Positions 18,101 to 28,126 of a stretch of DNA of 64,000 bases are shown here, in pieces (the first letter of the stretch is position 1; every line of letters starts with the position of its first letter). Both the position numbers and the translations under genes were made by a program. Below the pieces are notes generated by a model. The model saw only the letters and a list, made by a program, of their open reading frames with translations, was not told the origin of the DNA and did not search any database. Source of the stretch: an uncultured Gammaproteobacteria bacterium (GTDB lineage: Bacteria > Patescibacteriota > Microgenomatia > UBA12405); NCBI GenBank assembly GCA_964549165.1, contig CAZJUH010000002.1, forward strand, positions 1,896-65,895, given 5' to 3'.

Positions 18101-18329
18101 ACAGGAAATGCTGACTATCAAATCCGATGATATCGAAGGTCGAACGCATGCCTTTCAAGCTATTATTAAAGGTCAAGCTATTCCTGAGCCAGCCATTCCT
18201 GAGTCATTTAAGGTATTAACCAAAGAACTCGCTGGATTAGCACTTGATATTTCTCCTGTCGGAATGAAACCCGTCGCTGAAGAAGAAAAAGATGATTCAA
18301 AAGTTGAAGATTTAAAGGAGGACAACTAA
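15123..18329 (+). CDS. rpoB: DNA-directed RNA polymerase beta subunit
   Basis: Conserved RpoB blocks throughout. Start chosen at MPSAKRTNWGKK rather than the upstream in-frame Met. Confidence 0.9.
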   Translation: MPSAKRTNWGKKYPQIPALDLLAVQKESWEKFLKTDLEETVRAISPISDYTGNNWLLELGELFYDKLTLTPEISRLKGLNYTVPVYTKAKLTNKRTGLVREEDVFLLNLPTMTPEATFIINGIERGVINQLVRSPGVYFTSEIDPATGKTLCNAEIRPVRGSWLEFFIGKKDVIFARIDRKKKVPATIILRAAGALTDKQLVGEFGDYINGTITADPTKTQEEAYLEFYRKLRPGEPVVLENAQKFFNDRFFDLRTYELGQVGRHKINKKFSFNFSDENKENWVIKKEDLIATIRHLIKLQKGEATHFDDIDSLANRRLRRCGEIVAQVALRPAMARFERMVKERMSLLSTKEKPTPSQMINPQPLISSLNTFFRSNQLSAILDQTNPLAELDLLRRVTVVGVGGLTRERAAFSIRDVHSSQYGRICAVRSPEGPNIGLVTYLALYAKVNKYGFIEAPFRKIVKVGKNYTFSDDVIYMDADDEYDHQITHLGIKIEDNVIKQNWVPVRFQGEFSEGPIDQVKFIDMVPNEIVGASASLIPFIDHDDATRALMGSHMQTQAVPLVQPEAPIVGTGMEADVASAMSRCVLSKNSGTVTYVDADKVIVDDITYPITKFERTSPYGTCYNQQVLVNLGDKVKKGDVLIDGPATSQGELSIGRNLLVAYASVDGLGYEDSFLISDRLVKEDVLTNIQIFEYKADVVETKLGTEELTKDIPNVSEAELAKLTEDGIVMIGATVGPNDILVGKVEPRGEKELTAEERLLRAIFGEKAREVKDTSLRVPNGEGGVVIKIETLGKEDGDELDPGVNKVVKVYVAQLRRIQEGDKIAGRHGNKGVICRIMPEYDMPHLAEGTPVDLVMSPLSVIARMNLGQILEVILAAAGQKLNKKYAVPVFEKYSEAQIGKELTEAGLAVTGKTKLFDGRTGDAFDQDVVIGVGYILKLVHMVDDKVHARSTGPYSLVTQQPLGGKARMGGQRLGEMEVWALEAHQAAHILQEMLTIKSDDIEGRTHAFQAIIKGQAIPEPAIPESFKVLTKELAGLALDISPVGMKPVAEEEKDDSKVEDLKEDN

Positions 18330-21300
18330 TGTTTAAATTTAAAAATATGCTCGATTTTACTGGTATCGAGATTAAACTCGCTTCCCCAGAAGAGATTCTC
18401 TCCTGGTCAAGTGGTGAAGTTTTAAAACCGGAAACCATAAACTATCGTTCTTGGCGTCCTGAAAAAGATGGTCTTTTTTGTGAAAAAATCTTTGGACCCT
18501 CCCGTGATTACGAATGTTATTGTGGCAAATACAAAAAAATCCGATTTAAGGGTGTTATTTGCGATAAATGCGGAGTTGAAGTCACTACTAGCAAGGTTCG
18601 TCGTGAACGTATGGGTCACATTGCCCTAGCAGCTCCTATTGCTCATTTATGGTACCTTCGAAATACCCCCTCACCTTTAAGTGTGATTCTCGATGTTCCC
18701 CAAAAAGAGCTTGAAGCTGTCGTTTATTTTACAAAATACTTAGTTACTGCCATTGACGCCGATAAAAAGAAAGAAGCTTTAGTAAATCTGGAAATAAATT
18801 CTGAAAAACGCCAAAGTCAAATCGATGTTGACTCAAAAGAGTCAATTGAAAAACTCAAAGCTCAAACTGCCAAAGAGAAAAAAGATCTTGACAATAAAAT
18901 TAAAAATAAAGATCAGCTTTTAATTGCCAAAGAAGAGCGTGAGGTAAGGCTGAAGCAGGATGTTCAAAAAATTGAAAATAAAGCTACCAGCGAGAAAAAC
19001 CGCATCGAATCTTTAATCAAATTTCTTGAAGATAAGATCAAAAGCATGGAAGTTCTCTCTGTCCTTACTGACGAAGAAGAATTTTACTTAGCTCAGTTTA
19101 AAGCCGATATTTTTTATCAGGCCAAAATGGGGGCCGAGGCTTTACTTGAAGTCTTAAAAAATCTTGATTTACCTGAAACTGTAAAAAATCTTAAAAAAGA
19201 ACTAGCCAAAACCAGCAGCAAACTTAAAAAGAAAAAGATCATGTACAAAATCCGAATTTTAAATGGCATGATTGAAAATTCTATTAGTCCCGCCTGGACC
19301 ATCTTACAATATATCCCGGTTATTCCACCAGATCTTCGGCCTATGGTTCAGCTTACCGGTGGCCGCTTTGCTACTTCTGATTTAAATGATTTATATCGCC
19401 GTCTCATTAATCGTAATAATCGTCTTAAGAAATTAATCAAACTTGGCGCTCCTGAAATCATTCTTCGAAATGAAAAAAGAATGCTCCAAGAATCAGTTGA
19501 TATTCTCATTGATGCTCAAAAAGCCTCAAAGAATAAACGAAAAAGTAGCAAGCGTTTACCTCGTTCCCTTTCAGATCTACTTCGGGGTAAAAAAGGTCGT
19601 TTCCGACGTAATTTACTCGGGAAAAGAGTCGACTATTCTGGTCGTTCTGTCATTGTGGTTGGTCCCGAACTAAAATTAAATCAAGTCGGTCTTCCCAAGG
19701 AAATTGCTCTCGAAATGTATCGACCCTTTGTTCTCCGAGAGCTAATGGACAGTGGTCTGGCTGCCAATATCAAATCTGCCAAAAATTTAATTGATCACCG
19801 TATCAATGAGGTTTATGATATTTTGGAAAAAGTTACCAAAAATACTTACGTTCTCTTAAACCGGGCCCCCACTCTTCACAAACTTTCAATTCAGGCCTTT
19901 AAACCGGTCTTAACTGACGGTCTGGCTATTCGTCTTCACCCTTGTGTCTGTAAGGGTTTCAACGCCGACTTTGACGGAGACCAAATGGGGGTTCATTTAC
20001 CTCTATCCGCCGCCGCTCAAAGAGAAGCTAAGCACTTAATGTTGCCTTCGAGAAATCTTCTCAAACCTTCTGACGGGGCTCCAGTTTCTATTCCTTCTCA
20101 GGAAATGGCCGTCGGCTGTTATTACATCACCTCTGTCCGTTCCGAGGATATTTCCAAAGAAACTCAGTCTGATTTTAAAGACTTATCAATTATGGGAGAC
20201 AAGGATGAATTAATTTTAGCCTATCAATCAGGAAAAATTGGCTTAAGAGAATTAGTGGCTGTCAGAATCGAAGGTAAACTAATTAAGACTACTTATGGTC
20301 GAGTTTGGTTTAACTCTGTCTTGCCAAAAGAATTTGAGTTTTTAAATCTGCCTATGGCGGGAGCTAAAGCTTTAAATGACCTAATCGTTAAGTCTTTAGA
20401 AATTTCTAGTCGTTTAAAAACTGTCAAATTAATCGATTCCTTAAAAGATATCGGTTTTGCTGGTTTTACTCTCTCGGGACTTTCTCTCTCTATGCTTGAT
20501 ATGGGCTATCTTCCCGAAAAAAAATCAATTATTGCCGCGGCTGACAAGAGAGTCGTTGAAATTGAAAACAATTATAAAATGGGTCTAATTAGCAATGAAG
20601 AGAAAAAACGTCTCTCTCAAAGTGTCTGGATGGAAATTACCGAAAGTATTGCTGAAAAGACCTGGGAAACTTTAGACAGCGATTCTCCAATTCGCATTGT
20701 TTCCGCCGCTGGTATCAAGCGGGCCAGTAAAGATCAAATCAAACAGCTTTCTGGTATGAGAGGTCTGATGGTTGATCCTACGGGAAAAATCGTTCAACTA
20801 CCTACTAAAAGCAACTTTCGTGAAGGTCTTTCTGTGTTTGAATACATTACCGGTACTCGGGGCACTCGCAAGGGTCTGGCTGACACCGCTCTGCGTACTG
20901 CCGATGCTGGTTACTTAACTCGTCGTCTCGTTGATACCTCTCATGTCGCCATTACCCGCGAAAATGACTGTGGTACAACTCGTTTTTGGACTATTGATCG
21001 TAATGAAAAAGGTCGGGAAAAATTCTTTGGTCGTCGTCTTCTTGGTCGGGTTCTCGGTAGTGATGTCATTGATCCCAAAAACAAAAAAATTATTGCCAAA
21101 AAAGGTGATTTAGTCGACAATCATCTGCAAAGCATAATTGAGACCAGCGAAGTCAAAACCGTTGATGTTCGTTCTCCGCTAACTTGTAAATCAAAAATTG
21201 GCCTTTGTCGTCAATGTTACGGCTGGGATTTATCCAGTCGCCAGCTCGTTGGCTTTGGTGTTCCCGTTGGGGTCATCGCTGCCCAGTCTGTCGGTGAACC

Positions 21301-22069
21301 GGGTACCCAGTTAACTCTCCGAACTAAGCACACGGGTGGTGTTCTCGGAGTTGACGTGACTCAAGGTTTACCCCGTATTCAGGAATTATTCGAGGTCAGG
21401 ACTCCAAAATTACCCTCTCCTCTGGCTGAAATAGACGGCAAGGTAAAAATTAAAGAAAATATCGATGGCTATGAAATAAAACTCAGTGGTAAAGACAAAA
21501 ATAATGCCGCCAAAACCGTCAATTATTTACTTCCCAGCAATGTCACCCTATTAGTTGGTGATGGTGATTTGGTTGGCCAGGGAACTCAGCTTTGTTCTGG
21601 ACCGATTGATGTCAGAGAGATTCTCGAAGTATCGGGTCTTGAAGCTGCTCAGCGCTATCTGATAAATTCCATTCAAGGGGTTTATGAATCTCAAGGTATT
21701 GGTATTCACGATAAACACATTGAAGTAATTGTCAGGGAAATGAGCGATAAACTAAAAATTGAAGATCCAGGTGATACCAATTTCCTTTATGGTCAGGTGG
21801 TAACTAGGCCTGTTTATGAAGCTGAAAATGATAAAGCCAAAGAAAACGTCAAAGACGGCAAAGCTTCAAAAGGACACAAAGTTCTTTTGGGTTTAATTCA
21901 ATCGTCTTTGACCACAGGTTCATGGCTTTCTGCCGCTTCTTTCCAGCAAACTACCGGAGTCTTAACCGAGGCTTCGCTGCTGGCCGAGGTTGATAACTTG
22001 ATAGGTCTAAAAGAAAATGTTATTATCGGACGTCTTATTCCTGTCGGAAAAAGCCAGGAAATTAAATAA
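18329..22069 (+). CDS. rpoC: DNA-directed RNA polymerase beta' subunit
   Basis: Zn-finger CxxC, NADFDGD catalytic motif, and conserved C-terminal blocks. Confidence 0.95.
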   Translation: MFKFKNMLDFTGIEIKLASPEEILSWSSGEVLKPETINYRSWRPEKDGLFCEKIFGPSRDYECYCGKYKKIRFKGVICDKCGVEVTTSKVRRERMGHIALAAPIAHLWYLRNTPSPLSVILDVPQKELEAVVYFTKYLVTAIDADKKKEALVNLEINSEKRQSQIDVDSKESIEKLKAQTAKEKKDLDNKIKNKDQLLIAKEEREVRLKQDVQKIENKATSEKNRIESLIKFLEDKIKSMEVLSVLTDEEEFYLAQFKADIFYQAKMGAEALLEVLKNLDLPETVKNLKKELAKTSSKLKKKKIMYKIRILNGMIENSISPAWTILQYIPVIPPDLRPMVQLTGGRFATSDLNDLYRRLINRNNRLKKLIKLGAPEIILRNEKRMLQESVDILIDAQKASKNKRKSSKRLPRSLSDLLRGKKGRFRRNLLGKRVDYSGRSVIVVGPELKLNQVGLPKEIALEMYRPFVLRELMDSGLAANIKSAKNLIDHRINEVYDILEKVTKNTYVLLNRAPTLHKLSIQAFKPVLTDGLAIRLHPCVCKGFNADFDGDQMGVHLPLSAAAQREAKHLMLPSRNLLKPSDGAPVSIPSQEMAVGCYYITSVRSEDISKETQSDFKDLSIMGDKDELILAYQSGKIGLRELVAVRIEGKLIKTTYGRVWFNSVLPKEFEFLNLPMAGAKALNDLIVKSLEISSRLKTVKLIDSLKDIGFAGFTLSGLSLSMLDMGYLPEKKSIIAAADKRVVEIENNYKMGLISNEEKKRLSQSVWMEITESIAEKTWETLDSDSPIRIVSAAGIKRASKDQIKQLSGMRGLMVDPTGKIVQLPTKSNFREGLSVFEYITGTRGTRKGLADTALRTADAGYLTRRLVDTSHVAITRENDCGTTRFWTIDRNEKGREKFFGRRLLGRVLGSDVIDPKNKKIIAKKGDLVDNHLQSIIETSEVKTVDVRSPLTCKSKIGLCRQCYGWDLSSRQLVGFGVPVGVIAAQSVGEPGTQLTLRTKHTGGVLGVDVTQGLPRIQELFEVRTPKLPSPLAEIDGKVKIKENIDGYEIKLSGKDKNNAAKTVNYLLPSNVTLLVGDGDLVGQGTQLCSGPIDVREILEVSGLEAAQRYLINSIQGVYESQGIGIHDKHIEVIVREMSDKLKIEDPGDTNFLYGQVVTRPVYEAENDKAKENVKDGKASKGHKVLLGLIQSSLTTGSWLSAASFQQTTGVLTEASLLAEVDNLIGLKENVIIGRLIPVGKSQEIK

Positions 22070-22071
22070 AT

Positions 22072-22494
22072 ATGCCTACCTATAACCAACTAATTAGTAA
22101 ATGTCGCAAAGTTCGTCGTCTTAAATTAAGAACCGGAGCTTTACGGGATAATTTTAATAGTATCAAAAATAGTAGTGTTGTTACCTACAATCCTCAAAAA
22201 AAAGGAGTGGTAACGGTCGTTAAAACCATGACTCCCAAAAAGCCTCATTCAGCTTTGCGAAAAGTGGCCAAGGTTCGTCTCAGTAATCGGGCCACGGTAA
22301 CGGCTTATATTCCTGGAATTGGGCACAATTTAGCCGAACACGGTATTATTTCTATTCGCGGTGGTCGGGTCCGAGATCTTCCCGGTGTCCGCTACCATAT
22401 TATTCGCGGTAAATATGACGCCGGTGCTGTTGCCGGTCGTCAGCAATCCCGCAGTAAATATGGCGCGAAAAAATCCACTAAAGCTTCCGCTTAA
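22072..22494 (+). CDS. rpsL: 30S ribosomal protein S12
   Basis: Canonical S12 sequence ([11 protein letters not shown]...). Confidence 0.95.
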   Translation: MPTYNQLISKCRKVRRLKLRTGALRDNFNSIKNSSVVTYNPQKKGVVTVVKTMTPKKPHSALRKVAKVRLSNRATVTAYIPGIGHNLAEHGIISIRGGRVRDLPGVRYHIIRGKYDAGAVAGRQQSRSKYGAKKSTKASA

Positions 22495-22520
22495 TATTAT
22501 ATGTTAAATTTATTAAAAAT

Positions 22521-22553
22521 ATTTAGAATTTAGGCTTTAGGCTTTAGATTTTA
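22521..22553. repeat. Heptamer array TTTAGAATTTAGGCTTTAGGCTTTAGATTTT between rpsL and rpsG
   Basis: Seen directly. Nearly identical to 50971-51003. Confidence 0.5.
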
Positions 22554-22569
22554 ATTTTTATTTTATTTT

Positions 22570-23052
22570 ATGTCACGCAAAGGTCAAAGCAAAATTAGAG
22601 AAGTTCTTCCTGATACCAAATATAACAGTATTGTGGTTACCAAATTAATTAATCGGGTGATGTATGCCGGCAATAAAAATGCAGCTCAAAAACAAGTTTA
22701 CGAAGCTTTAGATATTTTTAAAAAAGACAGTAAAAGCGAAGATATTATTACTACTCTAGAGCAGGCTCTTGACAATCTTAAACCCAAAGTTGAGGTTCGA
22801 CCTCGCCGTATCGGCGGAGCCGTTTACCAGGTACCCACTCCTGTTCGAGGCACTCGTCAATATTCTCTGGCCATCAGATGGCTTGTCACCTCTGCTCGTA
22901 AACGCCCAAATAAACAATTTCACACTTTTGCTGGGAAATTAGCCGCCGAGCTTTTGGCGACTCTAAACAACGAAGGAGCTTCGATAATGAAGCGTCAGGA
23001 AATCGAGAGAATGGCTGATGCCAACAAGGCCTTTGCCCACCTTAGATGGTAA
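22570..23052 (+). CDS. rpsG: 30S ribosomal protein S7
   Basis: Canonical S7. Confidence 0.95.
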   Translation: MSRKGQSKIREVLPDTKYNSIVVTKLINRVMYAGNKNAAQKQVYEALDIFKKDSKSEDIITTLEQALDNLKPKVEVRPRRIGGAVYQVPTPVRGTRQYSLAIRWLVTSARKRPNKQFHTFAGKLAAELLATLNNEGASIMKRQEIERMADANKAFAHLRW

Positions 23053-23069
23053 TATGTTAAGATATTTTA

Positions 23070-24404
23070 ATGTCGTTATTCTCGAAACCTAAAGTTGTTC
23101 TCTGGCCTAAAAAAGACAGCCTTGAAATCTATTTTGATAAAACTGACAACAATACTCTTTCTTTTGAAACTGATCTTTGGCAGGCACAGTCTGAGGACAG
23201 TCTCCAAAATTTAGCCAACTTTTTTCAAAAAAATAATATTTCGGAGGTTTACGTTATCTTGGACGATACTTACGTTATTATCAAAACCTTTATTTATGAT
23301 TCAGTAATTGCAACTCTTGATCCAAATGAGGTAGTTACTTTAGCCAAAGATTCGGTCGATTTCAAAATCTCACCCGAAGCCGTCACCTTTGATCTAGAGC
23401 CTGACAATGAGCGTACTTTAGTTCGTACCCGAATTTTTAATCAAGAAAAATTTCTCCTCCTAACCACCAATCTTGAAAAACTAGGCCTAAAAGTTATAGA
23501 TTTCGAAACTCTTTCTTCCGCCATTGCCAAGCTTTACGCTCATTTTGACAATGGTCAACATTTCTTTTTTTATCCTATAAATACGCACGATTATGTGGCT
23601 ATTCTTTCAAGCAAAGGTCACGTCTATTTGACTTCGATTATTAAAAAAACTTTGCCCGAGCTTAAAAAATTACTTAATTATTCCCAGGCTTTTTTCAATA
23701 ACCCGAAGCCTTCTCAGTATTTTCCCGGTGAAAATTACAATGAAAGTGAAATTTGCCAGCGCTTTCAAAAAGCGTCAAATTTACCTCTGCCAGTTCTTTC
23801 CTTTTTTGTTGGCACGGCCAAACCAAATTCTGCTATAATAAAACCAACAGAACCTCTTATTGATTCACCTCAAAGTCAAATTTCTATGGAAAATAATAAA
23901 AAAAATATTTTACCGATTATTGCTGTTTTTTTAATTACAATTTTAATCACTGCCGCCATTGTTTGGTTTGTTCTTAATCAAAATAATAAAAATACTGAAA
24001 TTAACACTCCTGCCGGTGATTCACTTCCTGAGACCAGTGAAATAAGCGCCACAGTTGTTAGCCAGGCTCCCACTCCAACTTTAGCTGAAATTAGTAAAAC
24101 CATAAAAATTCAGGTTTTAAATGCCACTGATATTAATGGTCAAGCTGCCACTATCAAGACGGAGTTAACCAGTCTTGGTTTTACTAGCGTTACCACCGGC
24201 AATAGGGCTAAAAAAGAAACTACCAATCAGATTCAAGCCAAAAAAGAAATTGCGACTGATTATTTTTTACAGAAAATTCCTCAATTTTCTAAGAGTACTG
24301 TTACCGAATTATCAGCCACTTCCAGTTACGACCTTATTTTTATTATTGGTACAGATCTTAAAGCGACCAGCACTCCCTCGGCTTCTCCTAGTATTAATCC
24401 TTAA
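23070..24404 (+). CDS. Hypothetical membrane protein with a C-terminal LytR_C-like domain
   Basis: A TM segment around residue 280, and a C-terminal IKIQVLNATDINGQA...DLIFIIGTDLK resembling the LytR/CpsA/Psr C-terminal domain. Confidence 0.4.
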   Translation: MSLFSKPKVVLWPKKDSLEIYFDKTDNNTLSFETDLWQAQSEDSLQNLANFFQKNNISEVYVILDDTYVIIKTFIYDSVIATLDPNEVVTLAKDSVDFKISPEAVTFDLEPDNERTLVRTRIFNQEKFLLLTTNLEKLGLKVIDFETLSSAIAKLYAHFDNGQHFFFYPINTHDYVAILSSKGHVYLTSIIKKTLPELKKLLNYSQAFFNNPKPSQYFPGENYNESEICQRFQKASNLPLPVLSFFVGTAKPNSAIIKPTEPLIDSPQSQISMENNKKNILPIIAVFLITILITAAIVWFVLNQNNKNTEINTPAGDSLPETSEISATVVSQAPTPTLAEISKTIKIQVLNATDINGQAATIKTELTSLGFTSVTTGNRAKKETTNQIQAKKEIATDYFLQKIPQFSKSTVTELSATSSYDLIFIIGTDLKATSTPSASPSINP

Positions 24405-24409
24405 ATACC

Positions 24410-25432
24410 ATGAAAATTTTAGTCACCGGTGGTTGTGGCTTTATCGGCAGCAATTTTATCCACTATTGGCTTTCTCGACACCCAGATGATTTTATTGTGA
24501 ATCTTGACAAGCTTACTTACGCCGCTAATCCCGCCTCTCTAAAAGATTTAGACGGTAGTTTTCACTATCAATTTATTCAGGGTGATATCTGTGATGAAAA
24601 TTTAGTCGACACAATTTTGTCAGACAAAATTGAGTTAATTGTTCATTTTGCCGCCGAATCTCATGTTGATCGGTCGATTGATGATCCTCTCCTTTTTGTC
24701 AAAACTAATGTCCTTGGAACCTATACTCTATTAAACTACGCCAAAAAACACGGTAATATTCGTTTTCATCACGTTTCCACTGACGAAGTCTTTGGCTCTA
24801 TTCCTTTTGGCTCATCGGCTCAGTTTTCAGAGCAGACTCCCTATGATCCTTCTTCTCCTTACTCCGCTTCAAAAGCAGCTTCAGATCATTTTGTCCGCTC
24901 TTTCCACAAAACCTTTGATTTGCCTATCACTATCACTAATTGCTCAAATAATTACGGTCCTTTTATGAATCCGGAAAAAATGATTCCTCGGATGATTACA
25001 AATATTATTGATAATAAAAAAATTCCTGTTTATGGCCGAGGAGAAAATTTTCGCGACTGGCTTTATGTGACTGATCACTGCTCCGCTATCGAGTCTGTCA
25101 TTGCTCGGGGGAAAATTGGTGACACTTATTGTATTGGCGGTCTTAAAGAAACTTCAACCAATATTGATCTTGTTAAAAAAGTTCTCAAGTTAATGGGTGG
25201 GGATGAGTCTCTGATTGAATTTGTGGCTGACCGGCCTGCCCACGATAATTATGCCGTTTCTTGGGAAAGAATACATCATGAGCTTGGCTGGGAACCCAAA
25301 GAGACTCTTGATTCTGGCCTTATCAAAATGATTGCCTGGTATAAGGAAAACGAATCATGGTGGCGTAGTGCCAAAACCGAAGCCGAAGCCTTTTATCAAA
25401 AGCTTAACGACTATAAAAATTTAAACAAATAA
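24410..25432 (+). CDS. rfbB: dTDP-glucose 4,6-dehydratase
   Basis: GGCGFIGS Rossmann motif, YSASKAASD catalytic motif. Confidence 0.85.
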   Translation: MKILVTGGCGFIGSNFIHYWLSRHPDDFIVNLDKLTYAANPASLKDLDGSFHYQFIQGDICDENLVDTILSDKIELIVHFAAESHVDRSIDDPLLFVKTNVLGTYTLLNYAKKHGNIRFHHVSTDEVFGSIPFGSSAQFSEQTPYDPSSPYSASKAASDHFVRSFHKTFDLPITITNCSNNYGPFMNPEKMIPRMITNIIDNKKIPVYGRGENFRDWLYVTDHCSAIESVIARGKIGDTYCIGGLKETSTNIDLVKKVLKLMGGDESLIEFVADRPAHDNYAVSWERIHHELGWEPKETLDSGLIKMIAWYKENESWWRSAKTEAEAFYQKLNDYKNLNK

Positions 25433-26004
25433 TGCCCTACGAACAAATAAGCGAAACAGATTTAAAGGGTGTTTTTAAAATTCAGCCAAAAGTTTTTATT
25501 GACGCGAGGGGTTATTATTCACCCACCTTAGTCGTCTCAGAGTTTGAAAAAGCCACTAGTGGTTCTTTTAACTTAATTCAAGTTGCCTCTTCATTCAATT
25601 CCGAAAAAGGAATTTTTCGTGGACTACATTATCAAGCTCCTCCCTATACGCAGGGTAAATTAGTTATGGTCACGGAGGGCTCAGTTTTAGATATTGCTCT
25701 CGATATTCGAAAAAATTCTCCCACTTTTGGCCAGCACATCACTGAGGTTTTAACTGCCAAAAAACAAAATCAACTTTGGGTTTCGCCAGGATTTGCCCAT
25801 GGTTATCTGGCTCTCGAAAATAACACCCGCTTCACTTATTTTGTCACCGGTGGGGTTTACTCACCTCAAAACGAAAAGGGAGTTAATGTTTTTGATTCTT
25901 CGCTCAAGATTGATTTACCTCTCAGTTGCGGTGAAATTAAGCTCAGTGACAAAGACCAGCTTTTACCAAATTTAAGCGATATTTTAAAAGAAAACTTATT
26001 ATGA
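25432..26004 (+). CDS. rfbC: dTDP-4-dehydrorhamnose 3,5-epimerase
   Basis: Cupin-fold RmlC motifs. Confidence 0.8.
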   Translation: MPYEQISETDLKGVFKIQPKVFIDARGYYSPTLVVSEFEKATSGSFNLIQVASSFNSEKGIFRGLHYQAPPYTQGKLVMVTEGSVLDIALDIRKNSPTFGQHITEVLTAKKQNQLWVSPGFAHGYLALENNTRFTYFVTGGVYSPQNEKGVNVFDSSLKIDLPLSCGEIKLSDKDQLLPNLSDILKENLL

Positions 26005-26903
26005 AAAAACAAATTTTAGGGACTGGCCTATCCGGCTTAGTAGGTTCGAGAGTAGTTGAGCTCAATCCAGATTTTAACTTTGCCGATGCTTCTCTTGAGA
26101 CTGGCGTCAATATTCTTGATAAAAAGGAATTAGAGCAGTTTTTTAAAGACAATCCCGAGTCTAATATTCTTATTCATTTCGCCGCTTTTACTGATACCAA
26201 TGCCGCCTGGAATCAAAAAGGGGATAAAAACGGTCTCTGCTATCAACTAAATGTCAACGGTACCCAAAACATAGTCGATTTATGTAAAGAGTATCATGAA
26301 TATTTAATCCATATTTCCACTGATTTTGTTTTTGATGGCACCAAAAAAACTGAATATACTGAAAAAGATTTACCTCATCCCCTCGATTGGTATGGGGAAA
26401 CTAAATATCTGGCCGAAAAATTAATTTTAGACTCCGGTCTCCCCGCTTCTATTGTTCGAATTGCCTTTCCTTACCGATCTTCATCAACCACCAAAGTCGA
26501 TTTTGTCAGAAAAATAATTAATAAACTTCAGAATAATGAGACGGTGACCATGTTTACCGACCAGAAAACAACTCCCACCTTTATCGATGACATTGGTCTC
26601 GGTTTGCGCTTTTTTATTGATAAAAAACCAAATGGTATTTACCATCTTGTCGGACCCACTTCCCAATCACCCTACGATACGGCCAAAAATATTGCTCAAG
26701 TTTTTGATTTAAACGCTGATTTAATTAAAAGCTCATCTCTTGAAGATTATCTGCGTACTCCTGGTGCCCGTCCTTATGCCAAAAACTTAAGTTTATCAAG
26801 TCAAAAATTTTCAACCGAATCCGGTTTTTTCCCTAGAAATCCTATTTCCGGTTTTGAAGAATTAAAACGGCAGCTTTCTCTCCCTCCCTCACCGCGTAGT
26901 TAA
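26001..26903 (+). CDS. rfbD: dTDP-4-dehydrorhamnose reductase
   Basis: RmlD-like short-chain reductase. Coupled to rfbC by a 4-nt overlap. Confidence 0.7.
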   Translation: MKKQILGTGLSGLVGSRVVELNPDFNFADASLETGVNILDKKELEQFFKDNPESNILIHFAAFTDTNAAWNQKGDKNGLCYQLNVNGTQNIVDLCKEYHEYLIHISTDFVFDGTKKTEYTEKDLPHPLDWYGETKYLAEKLILDSGLPASIVRIAFPYRSSSTTKVDFVRKIINKLQNNETVTMFTDQKTTPTFIDDIGLGLRFFIDKKPNGIYHLVGPTSQSPYDTAKNIAQVFDLNADLIKSSSLEDYLRTPGARPYAKNLSLSSQKFSTESGFFPRNPISGFEELKRQLSLPPSPRS

Positions 26904-28080
26904 CCCCTCTATCTTCCGGATAAATCATCGCAAAATTCGCCTGAATTACTTTATTGTTTGATTGAAGATTGGAGATTGAAGATTGATAATTAGTGGTCAC
27001 AATGTGCTGCGCGTATTTAAATTTAAAAACAAATTTTTCTTCAATTTCTTTTTCCTTAAACTCAGGAAAAATTTTTTTTAGATATCCAAAAAAATCTTTT
27101 TCAATCAAAGCATCTTTACAGGTAAAATATTTGTGATTTTGGGGTAAATATGTTCCCATGTAATAAATATTTTTATCGCCATAATTTTCTGTTCCAACTA
27201 AATTAGTGTGTTGAATAAAAGCCAGAAAAGGGGATTTGGTGTCGTTAATGTTGTGCCAATAAAATTTGCTTAAATTTTGTTTTGAAGAAAAAACTACCGT
27301 TACCGCTCCCAAATAACCAATATTTTCTATCGGCGCCGTACTAATAATTTTGTCATATTCTTTTTCTAATTTTCCAAAATCTAAAATCTCATTTCTCATC
27401 TCTATTCTTCCCCCCATCTTTTTGATTCTCTTTTCTAGTTCATCAATAATCAGTTGAAATCCACCATTCATATATCCCAAATATTCCCTTGCCACGCCAA
27501 AGCCTTTGGCGTCGGCGGGTTTTCCTTTCGAATTCCCCCTGGTATGAATTCTAGCCCACATCCAGGCCATTGAAATATCTTTATACCTATCACTAAATTT
27601 ACCTTTGAGCAGTGGCTCCCAGACAACTCGATAAGCTCTGTCTCCACACCATTTTTTCATCCATTTATAGGCTAAAACATTTTCAAATTTTTTCCAATTA
27701 TTTTTTTTTTCGAGATATATTTTGACCAGACCCAGTCGCAGTTTATCAATTAAACTGAGTGGCTTAAATTTCAATAAATCCATGGCTCCGGCAAAAGGAT
27801 ATACTTTCCCCTCGTAGTAAAGGGCCGTCTTACTCTCATACCATTTCAATTTATTTTCCAAGCCTAATTCTTTTATTAAGGCGATTATTTCTTTATCGCC
27901 TTTAAAAATATGATGATAGGCTTTTTCCAAATTAGTCCCCTCTATTTTAAATCCGCCTAAAAGTCCACCCAAATCCTCGCTCTTTTCAAATATAGTTACT
28001 TGATATTTTTTTTGTAATAGCCGATAAGCGGCTACAAGTCCAGTAATTCCTCCGCCCACCACTAATATTTTCGACTTCAT
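26842..28080 (-). CDS. FAD-dependent oxidoreductase (amine-oxidase / UDP-galactopyranose-mutase-like fold)
   Basis: N-terminal GGGITGL dinucleotide-binding motif. Its 3' end overlaps the rfbD 3' end by about 62 nt. Confidence 0.5.
   Translation of the reverse strand: MKSKILVVGGGITGLVAAYRLLQKKYQVTIFEKSEDLGGLLGGFKIEGTNLEKAYHHIFKGDKEIIALIKELGLENKLKWYESKTALYYEGKVYPFAGAMDLLKFKPLSLIDKLRLGLVKIYLEKKNNWKKFENVLAYKWMKKWCGDRAYRVVWEPLLKGKFSDRYKDISMAWMWARIHTRGNSKGKPADAKGFGVAREYLGYMNGGFQLIIDELEKRIKKMGGRIEMRNEILDFGKLEKEYDKIISTAPIENIGYLGAVTVVFSSKQNLSKFYWHNINDTKSPFLAFIQHTNLVGTENYGDKNIYYMGTYLPQNHKYFTCKDALIEKDFFGYLKKIFPEFKEKEIEEKFVFKFKYAQHIVTTNYQSSISNLQSNNKVIQANFAMIYPEDRGVNYAVREGEKAAVLILQNRK
26955..26987. repeat. 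GATTGAA-type heptamer array inserted in-frame in the FAD-oxidoreductase gene. It encodes NYQSSISNLQSNN.
   Basis: Seen directly. Paralogous to 12305-12338. Confidence 0.55.
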
Positions 28081-28126
28081 TTATGCTATGATACTATGTT
28101 TAAAATCAATTAATAAAACTAAAATT

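Noticed and set aside
20587-20599. A 13-nt exact match in rpoC (CGTCTCTCTCAAA) to the 3' arm of alaS hairpin A.
   Set aside because: There is no palindromic partner and no extra residues relative to the conserved RpoC sequence. It is probably chance or an ancient fragment.
24175-24489. ORF 24175-24489.
   Set aside because: It spans the 23070 gene to rfbB junction in an alternative frame and is Leu/Pro/Arg-rich. Spurious.
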